DNA of 64,000 bases, from positions 496,001-560,000 of the forward strand of contig JBHGNT010000014.1 in assembly GCA_043228905.1 (NCBI GenBank), given 5' to 3'. The translations under genes were made by a program, and so were the position numbers. The stretch comes from Azolla caroliniana. Lineage: Eukaryota; Plantae; Polypodiophyta. Below, piece after piece: positions 39,701 through 52,900 of the stretch (the first letter of the stretch is position 1; the number at the start of each line of letters is the position of its first letter). A model generated the notes under the pieces. It ran no database searches. It had not been told where the DNA came from and worked only from the letters and a program-made list of their open reading frames with translations.

Positions 39701-41239
39701 TTAGAGAAGTATTCCTTTCCTCCGTCTGACCGAAGACATCTTACATGGTGGCTAGTTGTCTTTTTGACTTCGCTTTTGAATTTTTGGAAGTGTGTAAACA
39801 CTTCTCTCTTTTGCTTCATGGGAAAGATCCATGTATGCCTAGAGAAGTCGTTGATGAAGGTAACATAGTACTGACATCCTCCGAATGTGGCCGTCTATGC
39901 CGGTCCCCACACATCTGCGTGGATCACATCTAGGAGGCCTTTGCTCACATTTCGCTCCTTTGGAAATGGGTGCCGATGTTGCTCGCCGAATTGGCAAGCT
40001 CCACATACTCCTTCAATATCTTTCTCTTTGAACGTCGGAAATCCAATTATGACTCCTTTCGATTGCATGCCCGTGAGTTTGTTGAGATTGATATGGCCCA
40101 TTCTTTTGTGCCATAACTTTATGTCGGTGTCAACTTTGAGGCCTTTTGCAAACATGGCCAATTTTATCTCGTTTGATTCGAGGATAAACATTGGGTCTTC
40201 CCTTCGACCAGGAGCGATGAGTTGACCTTCCTTCTCAATGAAGCAACCACCTTGGTTGAATCGAATTTGCATGCCTTGCTCAACAATTTGGCCGACCGAG
40301 ACCAAATTCTTCGTTAGGGTCAGTACATTCAAGACATTTTTTATGCAAGCTTGCTCTCTTCTTACCCAAATGGGATATTTCTGACATGTCGAATGGGGTG
40401 AGTGGTATCATCTCTGGTCTTGACATAGCCGGGTTGATTTGGCTCTCGAAGGTCTCGGAACCATTCTTGATGAGACGTCATATGGTTCGAGGCACTGGAG
40501 TCGACTAACCATACGTTTTCCGGATTGGAGGCACTAGTTGAAGTAGAAGCCGACATATAATTTTCTCTTTGTCTCATCTTCATAGTTAGAGTTGGTGGCA
40601 TAATTGGTGAGTTGTCGGCTTGTGGAAGCCGTCTCACACTTCTTCTACATGGTGGCTGATTTTGCCATAATATTTGCACTCGATTGAGTTTTGGCGGCTT
40701 GGACCGGCATGGAAGCTCCCCATTTTTCCAAACATTCCTCGATTGTTTCCGCTTTCGTGCCAAATTTGGGAGTTGTTTGAATCATAGGTTGGAGCTCATC
40801 CGGCTCGTCCTTGGCCGAATCGGCCTCTTCCTCCGTTCAAATGTGTGTAGAGCATGTGGCCTTCCAAGGCACTGCTCCTTGTTCGAACATAGTTTTCTTC
40901 AACCAACAACATGGATTGAAGATCGACGAAAGAGGGGGGATTCTACCTTACTAGGATGACGGTTCTCATTGTGCTGAACTGTGGTGCGAGGCCTCCTAGG
41001 CATATTTGCACAATCTCGTCATCCTCCACATTGACGATTATTGAGCCGAGTGAACCACAAAGCTCCTTGATCTTCAAGGTGTAGCTTGTGATAGGCATAT
41101 GCCTTTGTTGGATATTATTCAACTCTTGGCGGAGTTGAAGCTTTCTTGCGGTTATGTTGGTCGTGAAAATCTTCCTAAGATTCTCCCACGCTTCCTTCAG
41201 CATCTTGGCTTCATGAATGTAGCTGAGCATGTGGCCAAG
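36797..41239 (-). mobile_element. Ty1/copia element E (same lineage as A), interrupted in gag by F
   Basis: 3' LTR 36797-37181 plus reverse PPT. RNase H, RT (ILYVDD), integrase (RSDGGKEY), protease WLVDSSAS and gag, all degenerate. Confidence 0.87.
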
Positions 41240-43594
41240 TGAAACGAATAGCGTGCAGAAGCTTTGACAAACCGGCTCAACTGGATAGCAACAGAAATAG
41301 AACCAAGGTTTAATGGAATTGTAAACACACACACACACACACACACAGAATACGAGAGAGACAAGGAGAGCAGAACAACATGAACTCTAATTAAAAAATA
41401 CTCAAAGACTCTCTGTGTATATACAATGTACTTAGTGAGCACTTTTATACAAGTCCATAAATTACTGACAAAAGAACTAACACATACTTCAATGCTCGTA
41501 CAGAGGATCAAGCACTAACTCCAAGAAATATGCCTATGTACTAGGCTAGGACTGTTGGCCTCTAACGACATACCGGTTACAATCTGATCCCGCTCTTGGT
41601 TCCGTATATCGATCCGGCTCTAGCTTATTCAGCCGATCCGGATTTGGTTGAGCTTGTTCGCTCAACACTCCCCCTCAATCTCAACTTGAGGTCGGATCAT
41701 GGTGTCAGTGTCTGCCGGTCCTTTCCTCCGGTTCCTCTTGGCGTCTTCCTGCCTTGCTCGCGCTCCTTGTCCCGACCGGTCCCGCTTCCCATGACCCGTC
41801 CGGTTCCACGTTCCTAGACCTTCTCGATTGACTTGTCTGCTCAATAGGCCCATCTCAGCTCCTTTTGCTACAATGACTTTGGCGCTTGTCAATCCTTCGG
41901 CTCCTCCGTGTTGGTGTTGACTTACTCTGTCTTCTTGCCCGCTAGGCCTCGAGTTGATTCGACTCCTCTAGATTGAACGCCTCTTCTGAATCAGGTGCCT
42001 CTGATTCATTCCAGCTCTTCTCCAAATTGGCTATCTCCAATTCATTCTCAATCTTCAGGCCCTTCACCACATTAGACCATGTCCGGGTCTTGGCCCTCTT
42101 CTTCCGGTCGGCTCTGCCCTTCTTGAATCTACCGCTCTACCCTTCTTGAATCTACCGCTGTCGCCACTTGTTCCGACTCTTTTGGAAGTGATGACTTCTA
42201 CAGTCGACTCAGCTCCCTTTTTCTTCTTGTCTCCTCTTGTTTTGGTTGTTTCCTTCGTCTGGCTGATTGTCCAACAAAGTCGAAGACTAATACGTGGCAA
42301 ATACAACGACGACGAAATGTGCGATAATGGTGAAGATGATGTGGGAGAAATCAAATTTATGAGGAATAGCAAATCAAATCGGTAATGTGGATGAAATGGC
42401 GACCACAATCTATTGGAAATGGCCATGATAACGAAAAAAAGAAATAGTCATAGCGACAACCGGAATGACGAAGAGATCGACAACAACAACGATGGCCGGA
42501 CCGAAGATGATTGGGACGACAACTAGACAGCTGGAAAGACAAGGCCGTTTGTGCCGAACAACAATGGAGATGACCGGGGACGACGGCCGGGATGAACGAA
42601 GACAATCGGACAAGGTCGACAACGACAAATATGCGAAGAGACAAAGATCCCTGAAGAATGACTTGATAGTCGGAAATGGCTGAACGGATGGACGAAGGAC
42701 CGGAAAGATAGGGTTAGAGACGGACAGCTGGACCGACTGACATACAACAGCCAAGAACAACCGGCGGCCGGAGACCAGCCAAAAAGAGGACAAAGACAGT
42801 TGGAAAAACACGACAGACCGAAAAGACACCGCTAGACAAGCCAAACGGTCGGAACGGTGACAAATTCGGGACGATGATCGGATGGCGGTGGCCACATACC
42901 AATGATTAGAGTGGTGGCCGACCAACAACGGCAAGAGTGGTGGTCGGACAGAGACAATGACCGGATGGAGTGCCGGGCATATAGTGGTAGTGGCTGGATA
43001 GCGGCTGGATTGATTTTCGGAATGCACAAAGACACATATAGTGGCAGTGGCTGGATAGTGGCTGGATAACGGCCGGAAAAAGACGACCGGACGGGTCGTA
43101 CGACGGAGATAGCCGGACCGATGACCGGACAACCGCGGAAGAGTAACCAGATAGGCGGCCGAACGGGCCAGACAAACACAGAGATGGGAGACGAAAACAG
43201 CTGGACATACGAGCGAACAACAGCCGACCGCCGAAGGGAACGACCGGCCGGATGAAGCGGTGATAGCCGGACAAAGGGCAGTGGTCGCCAAAAATCAGCG
43301 GCCGAAGCGGCCGAACAATGACCAGGGAAAGCAACGGCCAGAAAATGGTCTCAATGCACAGTGGCGACCGGATAGCAACGACATCCTGAAACCCTAAATA
43401 GACAGCTGGAGTTGTCGAAACGATGGGCTGGATGGCATCAGAGCCGGATACAGAGATTGAGTGATAGGAGGCTGACGGGATATGTCAAAATGGAAAAGAA
43501 AGAGAAAAACAAGCAAAAGAAAAAGAGGAAGAGAAAGAGAGGAAACAGAGAAGGGAAGAAGAAAAACTAGAAGAAAAGACAAAATGAGAGGGAA

Positions 43595-43711
43595 AAAGTA
43601 AAAAAGGGGTATGTAACAAATATTGAAACCTTGAGGGTACTGAATGAAATTTTAAAACCTCGAGGGTATATAATAGAATTTTAAAAATCAAAGGGCACCT
43701 ACGGAATTTCC
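43595..43711 (-). mobile_element. Possible Mutator-like (MULE) terminal inverted repeat, single end
   Basis: Reverse strand reads GGAAATTCCGTAGGTGCCC...TACCCTCGAGGTTTT...TACCCTCAAGG...TACCCC, with repeated TACCC motifs next to a CCGG-rich tract. No partner TIR found. Confidence 0.35.
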
Positions 43712-45868
43712 AAAACTCATGAACCTAAAAGAAATGGACATGATCGACCACGACAACTCACACAAAATTAAAGGAAGAATGCACATACACACAACGTGCT
43801 TTTGGACCCAAGTTCGTGAACCGACAAAACGGGGATGTTCGTGTCGATGAAGTCGCTGACCGAATGAGATGTTCGAGTCAAGCACTCCGATCGAGGGAGT
43901 CGATCGTTGAGACGACCGATGGAAATTTCGGTCGAAGAAAGATTATGATCGAGGCATGTGGGATCGACGTGCAAGGCACTCTCCCATGGGTGTGCCATAT
44001 TGTGTTACCAACTTACCGTACGAGATGTACGGGTGATTGATAAGTGTGAGTGTGGTTGATACAAAGAGGTGTGAGTGAGTGATTAGGTGTGAATGCCAAG
44101 GGGGCTTGCACCGTTGTGTATCTACCCTTTTGTACCTATTTAACCCCTTATGGGGAATGAATGAATACAATGATCATTTCTCTCTCAATCTCTCTTATCA
44201 TCTCTTTCTCTCTCTCTATCCCCCTTAACGTTGAACCCCCTTGGGAGGGGGGTGGAGCCATTCTAGAAACCACCCCCCACCCCACAATGCTTCTCAATGA
44301 TCTTCGCCCATCAATCCCGGAATCTTAAATCATCTCCATCATCATCAATATTCATTACCATCATCTTCAACCCTATGTCTATTTTCATCATTAATCACCA
44401 TCACTATCATAATCATCATTATCATTAACCCTAACCCTAAAACCTATAACAGTTTCCTCCTTTCTCCCCCTCAAGTGTGGCATGTTGAGATGTTGAATAC
44501 CAAGTATTTTCGAAAAGTGCTACAACTTGTCCGTTTTGAGTGCCTTGGTGAAGATGTCGGCAACTTGCCAATCCATCTGAACATACCGAAGTTCGCCTTC
44601 ATCACTGAGGACATGCTCACGCACGAAGTTGTAATGCACCTCAATATGCTTGGTGCGAGCATGAAACACAGGATTCTTGCCTAGCTGCATACTGCTCATG
44701 TTGTCGCAATAGATCTGGATAAGAGTCAGCACTTCGATCCAGAGGTCTTGCTATAGCCGCTGAAGCCATATGGCTTCACAGGTGGTGATGGTAGCACCCT
44801 AATAATCAGCCTCAATGCTTGATAGAGCCACAATCGGCTGCTTTTTGCTGCTCCACACAACAACCGCGCTACCTAGAGAGAACATGTAACCGGAAATGGA
44901 TCGACGATCCAATGCATCACCGGCCCAATTAGCGTTTCCCCAGTTCTTAGTGCCGCTAACATATTTGAGTATTCGGTGTGGCATTGAAGGTGTTGCACGG
45001 TCGGCTTCTGCATAAACTGACTTATCATCTTGACCGGATAGCTGATGTCGGCTCCATTGAGAGTAAGATAGAGGAGGCTTCCGACAAGTTGTCGGAACTA
45101 CCTCTCATTGCAAGCCGGTCTGGAGTCGGGACGAAGCTTTAGGTTCCGGTCTAGGGGTGTGGACACCGATCGACAATCGGTCATGTTGAACTTATACAAC
45201 ATATTCAACACATAGTGTCACTGTGAGAGCAATATGCCATCGAGGGTATGGATCACTTCGATCCTGAGGAAGTAATGAAGGTCCCCCAGGTCCTTCATTT
45301 TGAATGCATCCAACAATTGGGACTTCACTTAGCCGATTTCAGTGAGTCCGGGTCCGATGATGACTGGATCATCCACATATAGCAAGATACATACCAGACC
45401 TTGCGGACTTGTTTGGATGAACAACGAAGAGCTTGATTTCGAGGCCGCAAACCCCATCTTACACAATTGGTGCGTTACCTTCAAATTTCAAGCACTGGGG
45501 GCTTGCTTTAGGTCGTAAAGCGACTTCTTGAGTCGGCACATTGCCAACTTGTTCATCTTCGACTAAAACCTGGGGGGTTGGATCATGTAGACCTGTTCTT
45601 CAAGGTTGCCTTGAAGAAACTTATTCTTCACATCCATTTGATGAAGATGCCACCCCCTTGCCGAAACAATTGCCAACACCACATGAACCGTAGTCATCTT
45701 CGCTATCGGAGCGAAGGTCTCATTGTAGTTGATTCTGTGGGTTTGTGCACATCCTTTGACCACTAACCGGGCCTTGTACCGATTGACCAAACCGTCATCA
45801 TTATACTTTACCTTGAATACCCACTTGCAACCGATTAGTTTGTAATGTCGGGGAGGGTCAACCAGGTT

Positions 45869-46337
45869 CCATATGTCGTTGGCATCGAGTGCTCGCATTT
45901 CTTTCTCCATTGCGGCACGCCAGTTCACGTCTTTTTCCGTTTCTGCGTAGCACTCTGGCTCATACACTTCCGCCACTTTCGTCATGTACGTATAGTGATG
46001 CGTCATGTACTCATTATACCCATACTCTTTAACGGGGTTCTTCTAGGGGGTTGATCGGCGTAACTTCTCGTTAGCCGATTTAAGGTTCCTGTTGGCCGAC
46101 TCAAACTTCGTCCCATATGTCGTTGGCATCGAGTGCCCACATTTCTTTCTTCACGTCTTTTTCCGTTTCTGCGTAGCACTCTGGCTCATACACTTCCGCC
46201 ACTTTCTTCATGTACGTATAGTGATGCGTCATGTACTCATTATACCCATACTCTTTAACGGGGTTTTCTAGGGGGTTGATCGGCGTAACTTCTCGTTAGC
46301 CGATTTAAGGTTCCTGTTGGCCGACTCAAACTTCGTC
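45869..46337. repeat. ~244-bp tandem duplication at the start of the F RT
   Basis: CCATATGTCGTTGGCATCGAGTG...CTCAAACTTCGTC at 45869 and 46113; the second copy has a short deletion. Confidence 0.88.
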
Positions 46338-46555
46338 TCCGAAGGTCCGTCTTCGTTCTATCCGGAATCAGAGTTGCTCTGATCCGACTTGTCTCTACCG
46401 ATGTCGTATTCCGACATCTTCTTCCCTTTTTCTTTGCGCGTGAACCATCTCCTCGGTTCCTTACGAGGGGAAAGTACGACTGAGTCTCTGTTACTCGCCG
46501 ACTCATCATCCTGTTGGTCTTTCCGACTCAGCTCTTCATGCGGCCCACTCAACCA

Positions 46556-49500
46556 GAATGAGATAGGTCGTGTCATGACCATCACGTACATCAAGGAGTT
46601 GATTGTCGGTGCATACGATATCGACTTCATATCTTCCCTCTCCGAACCGGGTGAAGTGCAGTCTCGTTGAGACAGCCGAAGGCTAATGGGGAGTGGGGTC
46701 GAAGCAGATTTGGCTGAGGAGCATGTTGAAGCGCTCCAACACACGTTTGATGTAGTGGGCTTGAGACAAAAACAATTGTTTCTGATTCTGGAGCCGACTA
46801 ATCTTCATTCCGAGAATGTGTTGAGCAGGACCCAGGTCCTTCATTCCAAACTTCAACGATAGTTGCCGAACAAGTTCAGCAAGCTCTCTGGCATGCCAGC
46901 TGGAGAGTAGCATGTCATCCACTTAAATGATGAGGAAGATGGGTGAAGAGGCAATGGTCCTCATCACTCTTGGAGAAGACGACCAATTGGATGAAGTCAT
47001 CAAACTTCTTGTACCATTTCCAGGGTGCCTACTTCAAGCCGTATAGACTCTTCTTGAGTCGGCAGACTAGATGTTCCTGGCCGATATCGCAAAGCCGTTC
47101 GACTGCTCCATATAAATTTCCTCCTCTATGTCAACATGGAGGACAACCGTTTTGAAATCTAGGTGAATCGACTCCAAATTCTCAGGTGCCACGACTCTGA
47201 GCATGAAGTGAAGGGTGGTCATTTTTACCACTGGCGAAAAGTTTTCGTTGAAATTGACGCCATATTCTTGTCGGAAACCCTTTGCTACTAGTCTAACCCT
47301 GAATTTTGGTTTGGCTGAATCATACGTCTTCATGATTCTATAGACCCACTTACACGAAAGAGCACGTCGATTTTTCAGAATCGGCTAATGCCGATGCTTC
47401 TTTGTATGATGTGGGTTCACCGACGTTCGTAAAGAAAATTCCAAAAGAATACCTCTCCGGGGGTTGCGACAGTCTTTCGGATCTTCGAGGTAAGACTAGG
47501 CTAGTCGCACAGTGTGTGAGAGTCGGATGGTTCAAAGCCGAATCATTCACTTGTGCCAAGTCAATTAGTGCTAGAGAATTCGGCTACCTTGAAGCCGACG
47601 TCGTGTTATGGGCTAGGCCGTCATGAAGGGCCAACAGTTCGGAAAATGTTACCCTTCAGACTTCAATGGGACTTTCGGTTTTCTGATGTATAATTGACTC
47701 GTTGAACATTATATCCGAACTTCGGACGATTTGTCTGTGCTCGGGTTCTTAGAGTTGGTATCCGATCTCGTCGTCTGGTCCATAACCAAGGAAACTGCAT
47801 TTCCTAGACCTTAGTTCAAGTTTTCAGCGATAGTCTTTTGGCATGAGGGTGTATGCCTTGCATCCGAAAATCCTTAGCTTATCATAATTCGGCTTATTGC
47901 TAGTCCATGATTCCTGAGGTATTCGAATTTCTAGAGGCCTACTCGCCGACATATTGATTATGCATACTATCGTAAGTAGGGCCTTTTCCTAGAAGCCATC
48001 CGACAGTCCGGAGTGTTGGAGCATGGATACTATCTATTCCTAAATTGTTCAATTCATTCGCTTGGTAATTCCGTTCTGCTCCAGACTTTGTGGTGACATA
48101 TATTCATGTTGAATGCCATGTTGTTGGAAGAATCCCTCTAACTTATACTCTCCTCCATTATCAAACCATAAGCATTTCAGCTTCCGACTGGATTGGTTTT
48201 CCACCATGGCAAGCCATTCCTAGAAGATCGAGATTAGTTGATCTTTAGTTCTAGTCGGGTATGCCCACACTTTCTTGGTCGAGTCGCCAATAAAGCTGAA
48301 AAAGTAGGAAGCGCCACCAAAGGACTGATCTGGCATCGGGCCACAAACGTTCGAATGGACGAAATCAAGTGGATTCGATTCTCTTGGTGATGCCATCTGG
48401 TGTGAGATAGCAATCTGTTTGCCATATTGGTAGTGCTCACAGAACTGGTGGTATGAGAAGGAGAGTTTGGGGATATATCTGGCTCTGGATAAATGCAATA
48501 TGCAGGCCTTGCGGAGGTGTCTGAGTCGCTTGTGCCATAACGATGACACTGGGATGTCGACCAAAAACAAGTCTCCCTCTCTGAGTGTGATGTATAGTGG
48601 ATACAATGAATGTACTTTTGGACCTCGAGCAAGAAGGACGTTCCCTCCGTGGCGTGTCCACCCTCCTAATGAGAAGACTAAATGAATGTCGTCTTCATCT
48701 AATTGTATGACTGAGATCACTAGAGTTGGGAGCTCAGGTACGTGTCGAACATTCTATAGTTCGTGTCAGACATTGGGTTGAGCTCTATAGTGCCGATTCC
48801 AATTATCGCACAGTGTCGCAAGTTTCCGACTCGAAATGCCGGGCTGAATATTGCCGAAATTGTTATCTATGAGGGGTCACATGATAGGACGCACCTAAGT
48901 CTAGGAGCCATGTGCTCAACTCTTCAGTTGTAAGTAGAACTTTTGATTCAACTGAGTGTTCGATGAATAGAATGTTCAAGTCATTCATCGATACTTTGGC
49001 GGAAGAGCCGACGTAGTTGACCTCCTCATGTCGACCACCCTTGTGATAAACTCTTTGATCCTTTTCATTTCTAGCTTTGAGGGCGCGACAGTCGACCTTG
49101 ATATGTCCAGGTTTCTTGCAATAATTGCAAGTTCAATTGTCTCAGAACTTGCTGTGGCTTCGCTGATTTGTCGGCGGTCGAGAAGAACTTCTTCCTCGGT
49201 TGTTCGGTCGGTCAGCCAAACTTTGTACTACATAGGCGTTATTGGCTGAATCGTTTGCAAATGAGTTCCTCTGAGCTACTTTAGTTAGGATTGCACTAGT
49301 GACTTTGGAGTATTTTATTGTTGCGATCGACACATTGCACACAATTGTGATGAAAGTTTCCCAAGAAGGGGGGAGAGTGCTCATGAGCAACATTGCACTC
49401 AATTTGTCTTCGATTGTCATCCCCTGGGCTGGAATCTGGGAGCTTGGACTTTTGTACTCATTCAAGTGTGCCTAGACTGAGTCAGATTATTTCATCTGGA

Positions 49501-49924
49501 GATTGTAGAGGCGCTGAATCAAATATATCTTTGTGGTGGTGACCTTCTTCGCATAGTGTCTGAAAGTGTCTTCCATAGTTGAAAGGCAATCTAACATGAT
49601 TGCATCATGATGTACATTGACTCCAACAAGTGCATCCGAATTATGGGGCAGACAATTCTATCCAGTTTCTGCCACTCATTCAGATTGTATCCTTCTGGAG
49701 ATCTACAGTCTGGCCCTTGACAATTAGATAGTGCTACATCTACTCCTTCCAGAAGTTGAAGTTCGATCCATCGAACTTCCTTAAACTCATCTCTAATGAG
49801 CTGGATGTTGATGCCATCTGTGTCGGCTTGTTGGACTCTGTCTGGAGTCGACTACGAACGGTGGTGGGATACAACCCACAAGCTCACCTAAGATCATTCT
49901 AATCGGATTTGGACACGAGCAGTT
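46556..49924 (-). mobile_element. Ty1/copia element G (degenerate gag-PR-INT-RT; RNase H and 3' LTR lost)
   Basis: gag ATG 49817, zinc knuckle, GAG-pre-integrase WHKRLRH, integrase, RT (RLVAKGFRQ, VDDML, YAPTINSLMYVMV). Fused to F at ~46555. Confidence 0.8.
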
Positions 49925-52900
49925 TGAGAGGAATATCGCTTGGCCACAACCGAGACTCAAGCACTTAATAGAAGATTAAAATAGAAGTGGAGGTTTGTGC
50001 ACTTACACCAAAGAGACAACACATGATGTTTACGTGGAAAACCCTAATCGGGAAAAACCACGGGAGCCCACAGACTCCAACTATCATTATGAGGGGACGA
50101 ATACAATGTGAGACTCAGAGGCAACGACCTTGAGCTCTATGTCTTCGCCAACCGGCGGTTACAAACTGAAACTAGTTTTGTATCTCTCTCTCTCTCTCTC
50201 TCTCTCAAGCTCTGTGTACAACGATGATACAACAACTCTATCTAATGTGATTGCCCTAAGTCATATTTATACTTATATGACTTTTGGGCTATTTAAAAAA
50301 TAGCCTCAGTGGGCTTATCCTAACATATTTATAAATATGTCCTTGGATCCGGTTCGTACCGAATCCATCCGGATTCATTGGTTCCGGTTTCCGGATCTTA
50401 TTCGGAACCCTTCTTCATCTGGCTTGTCTGATCCGGCTCCTTCGGTTCTCATCCAGATCCCATCTGGAGGGACCAAATTCCCAACAAATTCCCCCTTCAC
50501 TCCGGCATGGGATTTCTCGTTAATCCGATCCGTCTTCGGCACGCGTCCAACTTGTCGGTTGGAAGCACCTTGGTTAGCATATCCAATCCGTTCTCCTTCG
50601 TGTGGATCTTCGTCAGCACGAAATCTTGATCTTCTACTCTCTCCCGGATTTAGTGATACCTCCGCTGGATGTGCTTCTTCTAGGAATGGTATGCCGCGTT
50701 CTTTGCAAGGTGGATGGCATTTTGACTGTTGTAGTAGAGTCGGAATTCCTCTTGTCGGACCCCTAGCTCTCCGATGAAGTCCTTCATCCAGATTACTTCC
50801 TTGCCGGCTTCCACAACTGCCATATACTCCGCTTCCATTGTTGACAGTGCAACGGACTTTTGCAGCCTCGACTGCCACGATACGGCTCCCCTTCCATATG
50901 TCATGACGTATCCGGATGTGGACCGGTTGGTATCCGCATCAGCCGACATATCCGAATCCGTAAAACTTACCACTTGGGGTTTACCTAAGCCGAATCGGAG
51001 GCACATACTCGAGGTACCTTTCAAGTACCGGAGTATCCACTTGACCGCATTCCAGTGCTCTCTTCCCGGATTGCTCATGAACCGGTTGACAACTCTGACA
51101 GCATACGCAAATATCCGGCCGGATGCACACCATTGCATACATTAGGCTTCTGATGGTAGAGGCATATGGTATCTTCGTCATATCTGACTTCTCTGTCTTT
51201 GTCTTCGGGCTTTGTTTTTCGGAAAACTTGCAGTTTGCCAGAAGTGTAGATCTGATAGGTTTTGCCTCCGACATGTTCAACCATTGAGGCACCTTTGTCA
51301 CGTACTTCTCCTGTGACAACCACAACAACTTCTTCGACCGGTCCCGAATGTTGTGCATCCCCAAAATCTATCTTGCTGGACCCAAGTCTTTCATTGAGAA
51401 GGTCCGGTTCAGGGCCTTCTTCAGCATTCATATCTTGACTTGGTCTCGTCCGACGATCAACATGTCGTCCACGTATAGGAGCAATATCAGGAAATCTCCT
51501 CCGTCAAATTTCTTCACAAACACACAGTGATCGGCTTGCGTCTCGTGGTACCATTGCCGAACTTCCGATACCATTGCCGGGGAGCTTGCTTCAAACCGTA
51601 TAAGCTCTTCTTCAACCGGCACACCAGGTGGTCCTTCCCTTTCTTCTCAAATCCTTTCGGTTGCTGCATGTAGATCTCCTCCTCGAGGTCCCCATGGTGA
51701 AACGCGATCTTGACGTCTAGTTGCTCTACCTCGAGGTCCACATTTGTTGCTATGCTCAGCACCGTCCGGATGTAGGTCATCTTGACTACTAGGGCAAAGA
51801 TCTCGTCGAAATCCACTCCTTTCTTCTGCTGGAACCCCTTGACCATGATCCGGGCCTTGTACCTTGGTGGATTTCCGGTCTCTCCCGGTTTCAGCTTGTA
51901 CACCAACTTGTTTTGGATTGCACTCTTTCCTTTCGGCAACTCTGTCAGTTTGTATGTGTGGTTCTCATGCAGGGAATCCATCTCGTCTTGCATGGCACTT
52001 AACCACGTGCAGTTGTGGGTGTCATTCCTTGCTTCTTTGAAGCTTTCCGACTGCCCCTCGTCGGTCAACAACACAAGCTCTACATCCGGATATCCTAGGG
52101 GCTTTTCTCTCCCTTATTGGATATCTCCGACCTTGGTTTTTGGCAACCGGTTCTTCCATCTTATCCTCATCCTCATCCGTTTCGGGGTCTTGTTTGCAAG
52201 TGTCATCCAGCTTCCGACCGGATGGGTACTCAGCTCCTTCAGGGGATCTTTGCTTGTTGACCCAGAATTCATTATCTTCTTCTTCGACTCCTAGTCGGCA
52301 ATGGTCTTATCCTCCATTAAGATAATGTCCCGACTCCGGAAGAACTTCTTGTAGACTAGGTCCCACACTCGGTAGCCAAACTCGTCGTCACCATATCCGA
52401 GGAATATGCATGCCTGGGACTTCGGATCCAAGTTTTCTCTCTTGTCCTTTGCAACATGCACATATGCAAGACACCCGAACACCTTCAGATACTGGTAAGA
52501 CACATCTTTACCGGTCCATACTCTCTGTGGTGTGTCTCCTTCCAAGGGTACTGAGGGTGATCTGTTAATCATGTATGTTGCTGTCATCAGCGCCTTAGCC
52601 CAAAACATCTTGGGTAACTTTGCATGTGCTTGCATGCTTCAAACTCTCTCCATTATGGTTCGGTTCATCCGTTCGGCAAGCCCGTTAAATTTTTGGCGTC
52701 TTCGGAACGGTGAATTCAAGTCGGAGTCCCTTTGACCGATAGTAATCCTCGAACTAGCCCCAGTATTCTCCTCCGTTATCTGCTCGAACCGCCTTCAGCT
52801 TCCAACCGGTTTCTCTTTCCACTCTTGCGTGGAGTTTCTTGAAGACGGATAGCACCTAATCGTTTGTCTTCAATAGTGAAACCCACAACTTCCGGCTGTG

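Larger units (their letters stand above)
41240..46555 (-). mobile_element. Ty1/copia element F (3' half; long, probably disrupted 3' region)
   Basis: 3' LTR 41240-41667 (TGAAACG...CTCAACA) plus reverse PPT CTCCCCCTCAA. RNase H and RT at 44465-46000. Truncated at ~46555. Confidence 0.75.

Noticed and set aside
42410-43334. 293-aa and overlapping ORFs in the GC-rich tract
   Set aside because: Low-complexity S/R/P/V composition and openness in several frames are typical of stop-poor GC-rich non-coding DNA.
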